Origin: an uncultured Gammaproteobacteria bacterium
GTDB taxonomy: Bacteria > Patescibacteriota > Patescibacteriia > Patescibacteriales > UBA12465
Direction: 5' to 3'
Assembly (NCBI GenBank): GCA_964355275.1
Contig: CAYHCB010000003.1
Coordinates: 7,052 to 71,051 of the forward strand
Length of the DNA stretch: 64,000 nt
Shown here piece after piece: positions 6,917-16,221 of the stretch. Made by a program: the position numbers and the translations under genes. Below the pieces are notes generated by a model that was not told the DNA's origin, made no database searches, and worked only from the letters and a program-made list of their open reading frames with translations. Positions within the stretch are counted from its first letter, which is position 1. Each line of letters starts with the position of its first letter.

Positions 6917-9550
6917 ATGTTTAATAAATTTACCGATAAATCACAAGAAGTAATTATCAATGCTCAGGTAATCGCTGCCCAAAATGGACAAGCTAATATT
7001 GAAGCAGTCCATATTTTATTGTCTTTGTTGCAACAAAACGAAGGTTTAGTAAAACCATTACTAGAGAAAATAAAAGTTGATCCAGATTTAATTGAAAATT
7101 ATGTTAGTTCTGAAATAAATAAACTTCCTAAGGTTAAAGTTAAGCAACAAAATGGCCCGATTCAAGCTGTTTCCGGTACTAGTGAAACTGCCCTTATTTT
7201 AGAGCGAGCACAAAAAGAAGCCGATGGCATGGGAGATGAATTTATTTCAACTGAACATATACTTTTAGCTTTAATCGGAATACCATCCCCTGCTCAAGCC
7301 CTGCTCCTTAATTTTAAAGCAGAATACCAAACTGTTAAAAATATCTTAAAAAATTTACGTGGTGATGCTCATGTCACTGATCCATATCCAGAAACTAAAT
7401 TTAAAGTTTTAGAAAAATACACTACTAATCTAACAGAATTAGCACGACAAGAAAAACTTGATCCAGTTGTCGGGCGTGATACTGAAATACGTCGCATAAT
7501 GCAGATTCTCTTACGTCGTACTAAAAATAATCCTGTTTTAATTGGAGAACCAGGTACCGGAAAAACCGCCATCGTAGAAGGTTTAGCCCAAAGAATTGTG
7601 TCTGGTGACGTTCCCGAAAATTTAAAAAATAAAGAAGTAGTTACCTTAGATTTAGGGGCACTAGTAGCTGGAGCTAAATTTCGTGGTGAATTTGAGGACC
7701 GTTTAAAAGCAGTGCTTCGAGAAGTAAAATCACAAAATGGTCGGATTATTTTATTTATTGATGAGCTCCACACTCTAGTAGGGGCTGGTGCTAGCGAAGG
7801 ATCAATGGATGCTTCCAATATGTTAAAACCGGCTTTAGCTCGTGGTGAGCTAAGAACAATTGGTGCCGCAACTACTAAAGAATATCAAAAATATATCGAA
7901 CGGGACGCTGCTCTTGAAAGACGTTTTCAACCAATTATTGTTAATGAGCCAAGTGTTGAGGATACAATTAGCATGCTTCGCGGACTTAAAGAAAAATATG
8001 AAGTGCATCATGGTGTCAGAATTACTGATGACGCTTTAATTGCGGCCGCTAAATTATCAGACAGATATATTAGCGATCGTTTTTTGCCAGATAAAGCTGT
8101 TGATTTAATTGATGAAGCAACTTCATCATTACGTATGGAAATTGATTCCATGCCTGAAGAGTTAGATCAACTTAAACGAAAAATTAAACAATTAGAAATT
8201 AATAAAGCCGCTGTTGTAGCGACTGATAAAAAATCTTCAAAATTAAGAGTTATAAATCAAGAGTTAGCTAAATTAAAAGAACACTCCTCTCAATTAGAGC
8301 TTCATTGGAATAATGAAAAGAATATAATTTCTGAAATAAGAAACTCAAAAAAAGAAATAGAGGAGTTAAAAACTAAAGGAGAAATTATCCAAAGACAAGG
8401 TTCTGATTTAACTGAAGTAGCCAAGATTAAATATGGCCTAATTCCTGACTTAGAAAATAATATTAAAAAACTACAAGATGAACTTATAAAAATTCAGAAA
8501 AAAGGACAAAGAATTTTAAAAGAAGAGGTTGGCGAAGAAGATGTGGCTCGCGTAGTTGCTCGCTGGACTGGTATTCCGGTACAAAAAATGTTAACTAGTG
8601 AAGCTAAAAAATTAGGTGAAGCCGAGGCGGTTTTAACTCGCGAAGTGATTGGCCAAGACGAAGCAATTAAAGCGATTTCCAATGCCTTACGTAGGTCGCG
8701 AGCTGGCATCAATGAAGAAAAAAGACCAATTGGTTCCTTTTTGTTTGTCGGGCCAACTGGAGTTGGTAAAACAGAACTCGCTAAAGCGATGGCTCATTTT
8801 ATTTTTGATGACGAAAGTTCTTTAATTAGAATTGATATGAGTGAGTTTATGGAAAAACATTCTGTTGCTAAATTAATCGGCTCTCCGCCAGGATATATTG
8901 GATATGAAGAGGGTGGGCAATTAACTGATAAAGTTCGTCGTCACCCATATTCTGTGGTGTTATTTGATGAAATTGAAAAAGCTCATCCAGACACTTTTAA
9001 TATGCTACTGCAGATTTTAGATGATGGTCGTTTAACCGACTCTAAAGGACGCACAATAAACTTTAAAAATACTATTATTATAATGACTTCTAATTTAGGG
9101 AATGAAATTATAAAACAGTATACAATTGGCTTTAATCCAGACGGACAAGATGACAAAAAAAATTGGCGTCAGGATGAAATGAAAGAAAAAATTGATAAAA
9201 TTCTACGCAGTCATTTTAAATTAGAATTCTTAAATCGGATTGATGAAATTGTTTTATTTAAGAGTTTATCTAAAGAAGCGCTGGAAAATATTGTTGACTT
9301 AGAGCTGATTAAGGTTGAACGTCGTCTACATAATAAAAATATTACTCTTAAAATAAGTGCTAAAGTTAAAAAAATGTTAGCTGAGAAAGGTTATGACCCA
9401 ACCTATGGTGCCAGACCACTAAAGAGAATTATTCAGACCATGTTGCTTGATGAACTAGCTTTAGGAATTATTGAGGGTAAGATTAAGGAGGGCGACAAAG
9501 TAAAAATTGAGATTGGAGAAACGACTGGCGTAGCTATTAGTGTTATATAA
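6917..9550 (+). CDS. clpB: ClpB-type Hsp100 disaggregase (full-length M-domain) carrying a ClpC/ClpA-like IGF loop in NBD2
   Basis: 877 aa with Clp_N repeats. NBD1: [23 protein letters not shown]. The coiled-coil of ~130 aa includes [15 protein letters not shown]2: [31 protein letters not shown]. See the finding on residues 725-771 ([10 protein letters not shown]). Confidence 0.95.
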   Translation: MFNKFTDKSQEVIINAQVIAAQNGQANIEAVHILLSLLQQNEGLVKPLLEKIKVDPDLIENYVSSEINKLPKVKVKQQNGPIQAVSGTSETALILERAQKEADGMGDEFISTEHILLALIGIPSPAQALLLNFKAEYQTVKNILKNLRGDAHVTDPYPETKFKVLEKYTTNLTELARQEKLDPVVGRDTEIRRIMQILLRRTKNNPVLIGEPGTGKTAIVEGLAQRIVSGDVPENLKNKEVVTLDLGALVAGAKFRGEFEDRLKAVLREVKSQNGRIILFIDELHTLVGAGASEGSMDASNMLKPALARGELRTIGAATTKEYQKYIERDAALERRFQPIIVNEPSVEDTISMLRGLKEKYEVHHGVRITDDALIAAAKLSDRYISDRFLPDKAVDLIDEATSSLRMEIDSMPEELDQLKRKIKQLEINKAAVVATDKKSSKLRVINQELAKLKEHSSQLELHWNNEKNIISEIRNSKKEIEELKTKGEIIQRQGSDLTEVAKIKYGLIPDLENNIKKLQDELIKIQKKGQRILKEEVGEEDVARVVARWTGIPVQKMLTSEAKKLGEAEAVLTREVIGQDEAIKAISNALRRSRAGINEEKRPIGSFLFVGPTGVGKTELAKAMAHFIFDDESSLIRIDMSEFMEKHSVAKLIGSPPGYIGYEEGGQLTDKVRRHPYSVVLFDEIEKAHPDTFNMLLQILDDGRLTDSKGRTINFKNTIIIMTSNLGNEIIKQYTIGFNPDGQDDKKNWRQDEMKEKIDKILRSHFKLEFLNRIDEIVLFKSLSKEALENIVDLELIKVERRLHNKNITLKISAKVKKMLAEKGYDPTYGARPLKRIIQTMLLDELALGIIEGKIKEGDKVKIEIGETTGVAISVI

Positions 9551-9690
9551 TAACAGCCAAAATAAACTGGCCTTACTTTGTTTTATTAGATAAATAAGCA
9601 TAGTGAGACCTTTTTTATTACGAGTAGCCAAACAGCCCCTTTTATACTATAATAAAATAGTTATTTTATAATAAATAAATTATTTAATAT

Positions 9691-11172
9691 ATGTCAAATT
9701 ACCTTTTTTCTATCATTATGTTATTAGCGTTACTGTTGCCTTCTTTTTCAGTTTTCGCTCAAGAGTTAGACCCTAGTTTCAATCCTAATCATATTATTGA
9801 TGACGCTGAAATGTTTGATGTTAAAAGTCTTAGTTTATCAGACATTCAACAATTCTTAGCCCGTAAAAATAGTTATTTAACTAACTATACCACTATAAAC
9901 GCTTATGGGTCTCTTAAAAGTGCCGCCGAAATGATTTACGACGCTGCCAACAATAATTATGATTGTTCTAATATAGATTTAGGAGAAAATCCATCAGAGG
10001 CAATAAGAGCCGCTAAATGTAAAAAGATAACAACTGTTAATCCTAAATTTTTAATAGCTTTACTACAAAAAGAATCTAGTTTAATTGAAAATACCGCCCC
10101 CATTCAAGCTCGTTTAGACTGGGCGACTGGTTATGGTTGCCCCGATGGTAACGCCTGCAACCCCTATTACAAAGGATTAGGTAAACAAATAAACAGCGCC
10201 GCTTTGCAATTTTTAGCCTACATGAATGAACATGAGCGCTATCCTTATAAAATGGGGCAAACCTATGTCTTTACTAATCCTTATGGTACTATTTGCAAAG
10301 ATCCAATGACTGTTACACCAGAAAATAAAGCTACGGCCGCTTTATATAACTACACACCACATGTTTACAATGGTAACTATAACTTTTTCGTATTATATAA
10401 AAAATATTTTCCTGTTGGCACAAAAAGTTACCCAGACGGCACTTTACTGCAAGTTTCTGGTGAACCAGGGGTCTGGTTATTACAAAATGGGCAAAAACGT
10501 CCCTTTGGAAATTATAGTTCTCTGATATCTCGCTTTGACCCCAAAAAAATTGTCATAACCACCTCAGAAGCACTTAGCTCTTACCCTAAAGGCGATACCA
10601 TTAAATTTCCTAATTATTCTTTAATTCAAATTCCTTCTGGAGGAATTTATCTTTTAGTTGATAACGAAAAAAGAGCCATCACCTCAAAAGATATTTTTAA
10701 AAAAATCGGCTTTAACCTTGATGAAATTATTACTGCTAATGCCGAAGATTTAAATTCCTATACTGAGGGGAAAACAATTACCGCTACATCTACTTACCCA
10801 ACTGGTAAATTATTACAGGACCCTAAATCTGGTGGTATTTTTTACGTAGAAAGTGGTTATAAGTATCCAATTACTGATAAAATATTTTTAAGCACTAAAT
10901 TTAAAGGTAAAAAAATAGTCAAAGGAACTACTGTTGAATTAAATAAATATACAAAAGGCAGCCCCGTTCTATTTAGTGACGGTGAATTACTTAGTTCAGT
11001 TAGCTCACCAACTGTTTACTTAATTTCTCAAGGAAAAAAACGCCCTTTTGCTAACGGTTATATTTTTGAAAATTTAGGCTACAAATTCAGCAACGTCGTT
11101 AAAATTTCTCCACAATTACTAGCTCTTTATCCAATGGGTGACACAATAAACATCTTAACTCCTACTAATTAA
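9691..11172 (+). CDS. Secreted protein: lysozyme/transglycosylase-like N-terminal domain (tentative) plus four ~60-aa repeats
   Basis: 493 aa with signal peptide MSNYLFSIIMLLALLLPSFSVFAQ. The N-terminal domain has KFLIALLQKESSL, a Glu-Ser motif reminiscent of lytic transglycosylases, followed by DWATGYGC. Four C-terminal repeats follow [YF]PxGxLLQ...G(I/V)(Y/W)L(L/I)xxGxKRP(F/I). Confidence 0.6.
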   Translation: MSNYLFSIIMLLALLLPSFSVFAQELDPSFNPNHIIDDAEMFDVKSLSLSDIQQFLARKNSYLTNYTTINAYGSLKSAAEMIYDAANNNYDCSNIDLGENPSEAIRAAKCKKITTVNPKFLIALLQKESSLIENTAPIQARLDWATGYGCPDGNACNPYYKGLGKQINSAALQFLAYMNEHERYPYKMGQTYVFTNPYGTICKDPMTVTPENKATAALYNYTPHVYNGNYNFFVLYKKYFPVGTKSYPDGTLLQVSGEPGVWLLQNGQKRPFGNYSSLISRFDPKKIVITTSEALSSYPKGDTIKFPNYSLIQIPSGGIYLLVDNEKRAITSKDIFKKIGFNLDEIITANAEDLNSYTEGKTITATSTYPTGKLLQDPKSGGIFYVESGYKYPITDKIFLSTKFKGKKIVKGTTVELNKYTKGSPVLFSDGELLSSVSSPTVYLISQGKKRPFANGYIFENLGYKFSNVVKISPQLLALYPMGDTINILTPTN

Positions 11173-11176
11173 AAAT

Positions 11177-11968
11177 ATGCCCCTACTTAACGCTGCTATT
11201 GTTTCTCATTCACCAATTTTAATTCCTGAAATAGGCAAAATGAACCAACAAATTTTAAAAAAAACGGTTGATGCTTACAGCGAGATTGCCGACGAATTAC
11301 AAGGTAATGATATTGAAACAATTATAATAATTTCCCCACACGGACTAATTCAAAAAAAATATTTTACTATCAATATTGGTCCAGAATTAAAAATAGATTT
11401 AAGTAGTTTTGGTTTTCTAGGTACAACTAATAAATTTTTGAGTGACCTCGAACTTATCGATCATTTAAAAAATACTGATGGACCAGAGATACAATTAATT
11501 AGTGAATTAAAATTAGATTACGGAGCATCTGTTCCCCTTCATCTTTTAACTAAAACAAATAATGATATTAAAATAGTTTCTTTAAACTATGCCTCTGATC
11601 TTAGTTTAGAGGACCACTTTGTTTTAGGCGAAAGAATAAGCCAAACAATAGCTAAATCAGCAAGAAGAGTTGCTTTAATCGCTTCTGGTGATCTATCTCA
11701 CCGCTTGAAAAAAAAATCTCCCGAAGGTTACTCCCCAAGAGGTGCTAAATTTGATAATAAATTAATTGAATTTCTGAATAATCCAATTAATGTAAAAAAG
11801 AATATTTTAAATATAGATGATAAATTAATAAAAGACGCTAACCAATGTGGACTTAAATCTATTGCTATTTTATTGGGGGCACTTGAAAACAGAAAGTATG
11901 AGCCTAATATATTAGCTTACCAAACTGATTTTGGAATTGGTTACCTAACTATGGACTTTAAATTATAA
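11177..11968 (+). CDS. LigB/Memo-like class III extradiol-dioxygenase-fold protein
   Basis: 263 aa. Motifs AAIVSHSPILIP, IIIISPHG, LDYGASVPLH and IASGDLSHRL are typical of the LigB-subunit/Memo superfamily. The exact function cannot be inferred. Confidence 0.55.
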   Translation: MPLLNAAIVSHSPILIPEIGKMNQQILKKTVDAYSEIADELQGNDIETIIIISPHGLIQKKYFTINIGPELKIDLSSFGFLGTTNKFLSDLELIDHLKNTDGPEIQLISELKLDYGASVPLHLLTKTNNDIKIVSLNYASDLSLEDHFVLGERISQTIAKSARRVALIASGDLSHRLKKKSPEGYSPRGAKFDNKLIEFLNNPINVKKNILNIDDKLIKDANQCGLKSIAILLGALENRKYEPNILAYQTDFGIGYLTMDFKL

Positions 11969-11972
11969 AAAT

Positions 11973-12293
11973 ATGGTAAAAACAGATTTTTCTTCTTTTT
12001 CCGATATATTTAAAGATAGCCAAAAAAAACCAGTAATTAAAGCACCAGCTTATTCTTGGCAAGACTTGGCTTTACGAGTTATTTCGGAATTAAATATTCC
12101 CAATTTTAAACGCTCAGCAGTATTTAAAATATGCAAAGAAAAAACTGTTCCCGTGGTAGAAAGAGCGATAAACGATACTAAAGAATTATGTCAAAGCGGT
12201 GATAAATGGAAATATTTTTTCAAAATTATCGATGCTCCAGCTGACACTAATTATAAACCAAAAATATATGCCAAAAATACTAAATATAATTAA
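11973..12293 (+). CDS. Hypothetical protein
   Basis: 106-aa ORF, 4 nt after the previous gene and overlapping the def start by 26 nt, consistent with an operon. No recognisable motif. Confidence 0.4.
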   Translation: MVKTDFSSFSDIFKDSQKKPVIKAPAYSWQDLALRVISELNIPNFKRSAVFKICKEKTVPVVERAINDTKELCQSGDKWKYFFKIIDAPADTNYKPKIYAKNTKYN

Positions 12294-12759
12294 ATACCCT
12301 AGCCCTGCTCTACGAGAAAAATCGGTTGACATTCCCCTAACTGACATTCGAAAAAAAGAAATGAAAATCTTAATCGAAGATATGGAGCAAACGATGAAAA
12401 AACTTGATGGCGCTGGACTAGCTGCCCCACAAATTGGCATGAATATACGTTTGATAGTAATAAATGACGAGAAAAAAAATCAAACTATTTTCATGATTAA
12501 CCCAAAAATTACTAAAAAATCTTGGGGACAAGAAGTCGACGAAGAAGGTTGTTTATCAGTTTTAGATAACAAGGGGAAAATAATCTATGGACCAGTTTTA
12601 AGACATAAAAAAGTAACCTGTAGTTACTACGACCAACACGGAGAGAAGAAAAAAATTCAGGCAGAAAAAATACTCTCTAGAATAATTCAGCACGAAACCG
12701 ATCATCTAGATGGAATTTTATTTATTGACCGTCTATTTAAAAAAGAATCGGAAATTTAA
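12268..12759 (+). CDS. def: Peptide deformylase
   Basis: All three PDF motifs are present: GAGLAAPQIG, EGCLS and QHETDHLDG. I prefer the ATG at 12268 (MPKILNIIKYPSPALREKS), which gives a typical N-terminus. The track start at 12199 adds 23 non-homologous residues. Confidence 0.9.
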   Translation: MPKILNIIKYPSPALREKSVDIPLTDIRKKEMKILIEDMEQTMKKLDGAGLAAPQIGMNIRLIVINDEKKNQTIFMINPKITKKSWGQEVDEEGCLSVLDNKGKIIYGPVLRHKKVTCSYYDQHGEKKKIQAEKILSRIIQHETDHLDGILFIDRLFKKESEI

Positions 12760-13391
12760 TTCCGATTTTTTTTGAGTAAATATTTTTTTCTTTTTTTATG
12801 AAGAAAGAAAAGTAACCAAGTTAAACCAACAAACAATAAAATCCACTGTAACTCTTGATAATACTTAGTGAGTAATTCTTGGTTAGAGCCAAGAGTGTAG
12901 CCTAAGATTGCTAAAATAGTAACCCAAACAAAAGAGCCTAAGGCGGTTAAAGAAACAAAAGGTAAAAAAGGCATTTTAGTAAAACCGGCCGGGATAGAAA
13001 TAAGTTGACGAATAACTGGAACTAAACGACAAATAAAAGTCGCTGAATTAGCATTTTTCAAAAACATACCCTCAGCTTTTTCAAGATCAGTTTTATTTAA
13101 TCTTAACATTTTAGCAAAACGGGTCTCGATTAATTTATAAACTAAAGGACGCCCTAACCATAAAGCTAAATAATAATTAATTATTGCCCCCAAGACGCTA
13201 CCTAAAGTCCCAACAATAACAATTATTGTCAGATCCATCTTTCCCTGACTAGCCAACCAGGCGGCTGGTGGAATTGCTAATTCTGACGGAAACGGCAAAA
13301 AAGAGCTTTCAACAGTCATTAAAATAAAAACCCCCAAATAACCCATCCCCTCTGCAATTGATAGAACCCAATTGATAAATGTGATAAACAT
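12756..13391 (-). CDS. dedA: DedA/SNARE-associated family membrane protein
   Basis: 211 aa, polytopic. Contains the DedA-type N-terminal motif FILMTVESSFLPFPSELAIPPAAWLA and later RLVPVIRQLISIPAG. Confidence 0.8.
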   Translation of the reverse strand: MFITFINWVLSIAEGMGYLGVFILMTVESSFLPFPSELAIPPAAWLASQGKMDLTIIVIVGTLGSVLGAIINYYLALWLGRPLVYKLIETRFAKMLRLNKTDLEKAEGMFLKNANSATFICRLVPVIRQLISIPAGFTKMPFLPFVSLTALGSFVWVTILAILGYTLGSNQELLTKYYQELQWILLFVGLTWLLFFLHKKRKKYLLKKNRN

Positions 13392-13406
13392 GCTTATAAT
13401 AATAAC

Positions 13407-14348
13407 ATGACTGAAAAAATATACAAAGTAATATTTATGGGCACTCCTGACTTTGCGGTGCCAGGTCTTAAAGCCTTAAATAAAGATAAGCGTTTTCAAA
13501 TAATTTCTGTAATTACCCAAAAAGATAAACCTATTGGACGAAAACAAGAGTTAAGTTTCACAGCTATAAAAAAGGCGGCTCTTGAGTTAGGCTTACCAAT
13601 TTTACAACCAGAACGTTTAAAAAATATTACTGATAAATTAAAAATTTTAGAACCAGACTTTATAGTTGTAATTGCTTACGGCCAAATATTAAGTGAAGAA
13701 ATTTTAAATATTCCTAAAATTGCTTGTATAAACGTACACGCTTCCCTACTACCTAAATATCGTGGAGCCGCTTGCCTACAAGCGCCAATCTTAAATGGTG
13801 ATAAAGAAACCGGGGTGACTATAATGCTTATGGATAAAGGTTTAGACACTGGTGATATTTTAAAACAAGGGAAAATAATTTTGACCGGAACTGAGAATTT
13901 AGAAAATATCCATGATAATCTGTCGGAACTTGGTGCTAATATTTTAGGCGATACTTTAATAAACTTTATTGATGGTCAAATTAAACAACAAACCCAAAAT
14001 GAAGAACTAGCTTCTTATGTTAAAATAATTAATAAAAATGATGGGAAAATAAATTGGCACGACTTAGCTGAAATTACTGAACGTAAAATTCGTGCTTTTA
14101 ATCCTTGGCCAGGAGCATTTAGTTTTTTAGAAAAGAAAATGCTAAAAATTATAAAGGCTATAATTTTAGAAAATGAAGGAGAAAACTTAGAAATTGGCCA
14201 AATTTTTGAAACAAACAAACAATTAGCTGTAAAGTGTGGACAAAATTCCTTGCTTATATTAGAATTACAACTTGAAGGAAAAAAAGCAATGGATTCTCAA
14301 AGCTTTTTAATTGGACATGCAGGTATCATTGGTAAAAAATTGGAATAA
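13407..14348 (+). CDS. fmt: Methionyl-tRNA formyltransferase
   Basis: 313 aa. Motifs are IFMGTPDFAVP, NVHASLLPKYRGAACLQAPI and the C-terminal Fmt domain (RAFNPWPGAF). Confidence 0.95.
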   Translation: MTEKIYKVIFMGTPDFAVPGLKALNKDKRFQIISVITQKDKPIGRKQELSFTAIKKAALELGLPILQPERLKNITDKLKILEPDFIVVIAYGQILSEEILNIPKIACINVHASLLPKYRGAACLQAPILNGDKETGVTIMLMDKGLDTGDILKQGKIILTGTENLENIHDNLSELGANILGDTLINFIDGQIKQQTQNEELASYVKIINKNDGKINWHDLAEITERKIRAFNPWPGAFSFLEKKMLKIIKAIILENEGENLEIGQIFETNKQLAVKCGQNSLLILELQLEGKKAMDSQSFLIGHAGIIGKKLE

Positions 14349-14374
14349 TTTTAGTAAAAAATTGAAATCATTTT

Positions 14375-14446
14375 GGTCCCTTCGTCTAACGGTTAGGACT
14401 CCAGATTCTCATTCTGGCAACAGGGGTTCGATTCCCCTAGGGACTA
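14375..14446 (+). tRNA. tRNA-Glu (anticodon CUC)
   Basis: Hand-folded cloverleaf: acceptor GGTCCCT/AGGGACT (G1-U72 wobble), D-arm GTCT..GGAC, anticodon stem CCAGA/TCTGG with loop TT-CTC-AT, T-arm AGGGG-TTCGATT-CCCCT. No encoded CCA. Close to the canonical bacterial tRNA-Glu sequence. Confidence 0.9.
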
Positions 14447-14451
14447 CAAAT

Positions 14452-14482
14452 AAAAAAAAACAGGATTAAAAACCTGTTTTTT
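14452..14482. terminator. A-tract/hairpin/T-tract bidirectional terminator after tRNA-Glu; copy A of a 45-nt repeat
   Basis: A9-CAGG-attaaaaa-CCTG-T6. The A and T tracts can extend the stem. A 21-nt tail, ttttttattgttttttttatt, recurs at 16216. Confidence 0.45.
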
Positions 14483-14531
14483 ATTGTTTTTTTTATTCGG
14501 GAACAGCTTAAGATAAATAATCCTATAAACA

Positions 14532-14560
14532 TTGACTAATTTTAATTTTTGTGATATTAT
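14532..14560 (+). promoter_or_regulatory. Putative extended -10 promoter (TTGACT-N17-TATTAT, TGn upstream of -10)
   Basis: TTGACT at 14532..14537, TG at 14552..14553, TATTAT at 14555..14560. It lies 66 nt upstream of the 14627 ORF. Confidence 0.4.
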
Positions 14561-14626
14561 AATTAGTCCTTAATTAAGAAAAAATGAAGGATATTACTAC
14601 AAAATTTAACCTAAAGATCTTTAAAA

Positions 14627-15478
14627 ATGAAAAATCTCGTCTTTATCTTATGCATTCTGGCGCTTGTTGGTTATAATAACCAATCTTTTGCCCAATCTAA
14701 AGTAGAGTCTTCCTTGAGCGGCGGTATTGGCTACATAACCGACAATAGTGGTAATGGCAGCTATCAATACTTTAGCGGCGGAGTAAGTGTAAAAAAAGGA
14801 AATGCACTTTACGGCGGGTTTCTCGCCTTTACCAATGTAAACGTCTTATTCGGAGGCTATCATTTTACGGCCAAGGAATATACTATCGGACCAAGTTTAA
14901 TTGGCTGGGGTAAATTATCTAAAAACTACAACTACGCCTACTGGCTTCAACCTGGTTTTAAAGTATTTCGTGATTACGGTCATGACTCCAAAATGGAACA
15001 AGAAGCTTGGCAAAAAGATGCTGGAACTTATTCGATCGCCGGTGCAAATTTAACCGACAGTTTAAATCGATGGTTTCGAAGCTACAAAATTCAAATCCAA
15101 TTCCAAAAAAACTTTTGGTCCAGACGAACAGGACAATGGAACGAAGACGGAAATATTGGTGAGAATATAAACTATAAAGCCGTGAATAAAGCTTACTTCA
15201 AAATTCAATTTGAAGTGGCTGCCAAAAGATTTAATCTTGGCAATAAAGGGCGCTTGGAACCAAAGTTAGTGGCTGGCTATCTTTATGATGGAGGGTCAAA
15301 AAAATCGTACTACGAATTTGGCTCAGGAATTGCAATATCATTCATAAAAAACGATCGCTATTATGAACCATTTACTTTCCAATACCGAGCACGTTATGGC
15401 GTTGAATTTGAATCACGCTTAGATTTATTCGAGATTAGCTCGGATATAATCGCAATTTGGCGTCTAATTAAAAAATAG
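14627..15478 (+). CDS. Secreted Gly/Tyr/Phe-rich beta-strand protein (outer-membrane beta-barrel-like), unknown function
   Basis: 283 aa with signal peptide MKNLVFILCILALVGYNNQSFAQ. Alternating aromatic/small residues run throughout (GGIGYITD, YQYFSGGVSV, LYGGFLAFTN, YFKIQFEV, FTFQYRARYGVEFE). The coding sequence is noticeably more G+C-rich than its neighbours. Confidence 0.55.
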   Translation: MKNLVFILCILALVGYNNQSFAQSKVESSLSGGIGYITDNSGNGSYQYFSGGVSVKKGNALYGGFLAFTNVNVLFGGYHFTAKEYTIGPSLIGWGKLSKNYNYAYWLQPGFKVFRDYGHDSKMEQEAWQKDAGTYSIAGANLTDSLNRWFRSYKIQIQFQKNFWSRRTGQWNEDGNIGENINYKAVNKAYFKIQFEVAAKRFNLGNKGRLEPKLVAGYLYDGGSKKSYYEFGSGIAISFIKNDRYYEPFTFQYRARYGVEFESRLDLFEISSDIIAIWRLIKK

Positions 15479-15508
15479 AAAAGTCTAATCCCACCATTTT
15501 TAAACCGG

Positions 15509-15534
15509 CCCTGAAGTCATCTTCAGGGTTTTTT
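15509..15534 (+). terminator. Rho-independent terminator
   Basis: CCCTGAAG-tcat-CTTCAGGG, an 8-bp perfect stem, followed by TTTTTT. It lies 30 nt after the stop of the 14627 ORF. Confidence 0.7.
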
Positions 15535-15620
15535 ATTTCAAAAATTCCCCCCATTTTTCAACTTCTTTAATAATCTTCTTAAAATTTTGTGAAATTTCGG
15601 AAGACAGAAGCACTCCCCCA

Positions 15621-15650
15621 GAACTAGCGCTTGCTAGTTCTCTTTTGTTT
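15621..15650 (+). terminator. Second hairpin plus T-rich tail with no ORF upstream (possible sRNA 3' end)
   Basis: GAACTAGC-gctt-GCTAGTTC, an 8-bp perfect stem, followed by tcttttgttt. It lies about 87 nt after the previous terminator and 58 nt before the next ATG. Confidence 0.45.
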
Positions 15651-15707
15651 GTGTAAAATTATAAAAGTATTGATTTGATTATTTAATATAAAATAAATTT
15701 TAAATTT

Positions 15708-16169
15708 ATGATTAGAGAGAGACAATTTATTCCAACAGTAAAAAATAAAATCGAGGTAAACGAAAAGCAAGAAAAATTAGATAAACTATTTAAAGAGGCA
15801 AAAAATGAGTTTGAAAAATTAGAAATAAACTCTTTTCATTACGGCGAACTTTTTGATAAAATTTATGCTGATTATAGCGATGAAGAAGAAATTATAATGA
15901 GAGATGGATCTGGCCAACAATTACTTAATACTCTTGGGGCAAATGGTGAATATGGCAGCGCTAGAAAAAAAATGGATTTCGATAAACAAGATAAATTAAT
16001 CCAAATTGGCGGTATTTTAGGAATGATTAATCTTGATTTTAAAAATTTAGGTTATGGGGCAATTAGTAGCCTAAAACGCTATCCAGCGATACTTGAAACC
16101 GCTGAGTTGCTAAACAGTAATCTTAAAAAAATTGTAGACGAATTTTCTGACTTAGAAAAACAGAGTTAA
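15708..16169 (+). CDS. Hypothetical protein
   Basis: 153-aa ORF, acidic and helical-looking, followed by a terminator. No motif recognised. Confidence 0.45.
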   Translation: MIRERQFIPTVKNKIEVNEKQEKLDKLFKEAKNEFEKLEINSFHYGELFDKIYADYSDEEEIIMRDGSGQQLLNTLGANGEYGSARKKMDFDKQDKLIQIGGILGMINLDFKNLGYGAISSLKRYPAILETAELLNSNLKKIVDEFSDLEKQS

Positions 16170-16192
16170 CAATTTATAAATATAAGTATTAC

Positions 16193-16221
16193 AAAAAAAA
16201 TAGGCTAAAAACCTATTTTTT
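16193..16221. terminator. Bidirectional terminator between convergent ORFs; copy B of the 45-nt repeat
   Basis: A8-TAGG-ctaaaaa-CCTA-T6, followed by the same 21-nt tail as copy A. Relative to copy A the stem carries a compensatory C:G to T:A change. Confidence 0.45.

Noticed and set aside
7369-7818. 149-aa minus-strand ORF inside clpB (and the 72-aa ORF at 8494..8712)
   Set aside because: It is antisense to a strongly conserved ClpB coding region. The Ser/Pro/Arg-rich low-complexity translation is typical of shadow ORFs.
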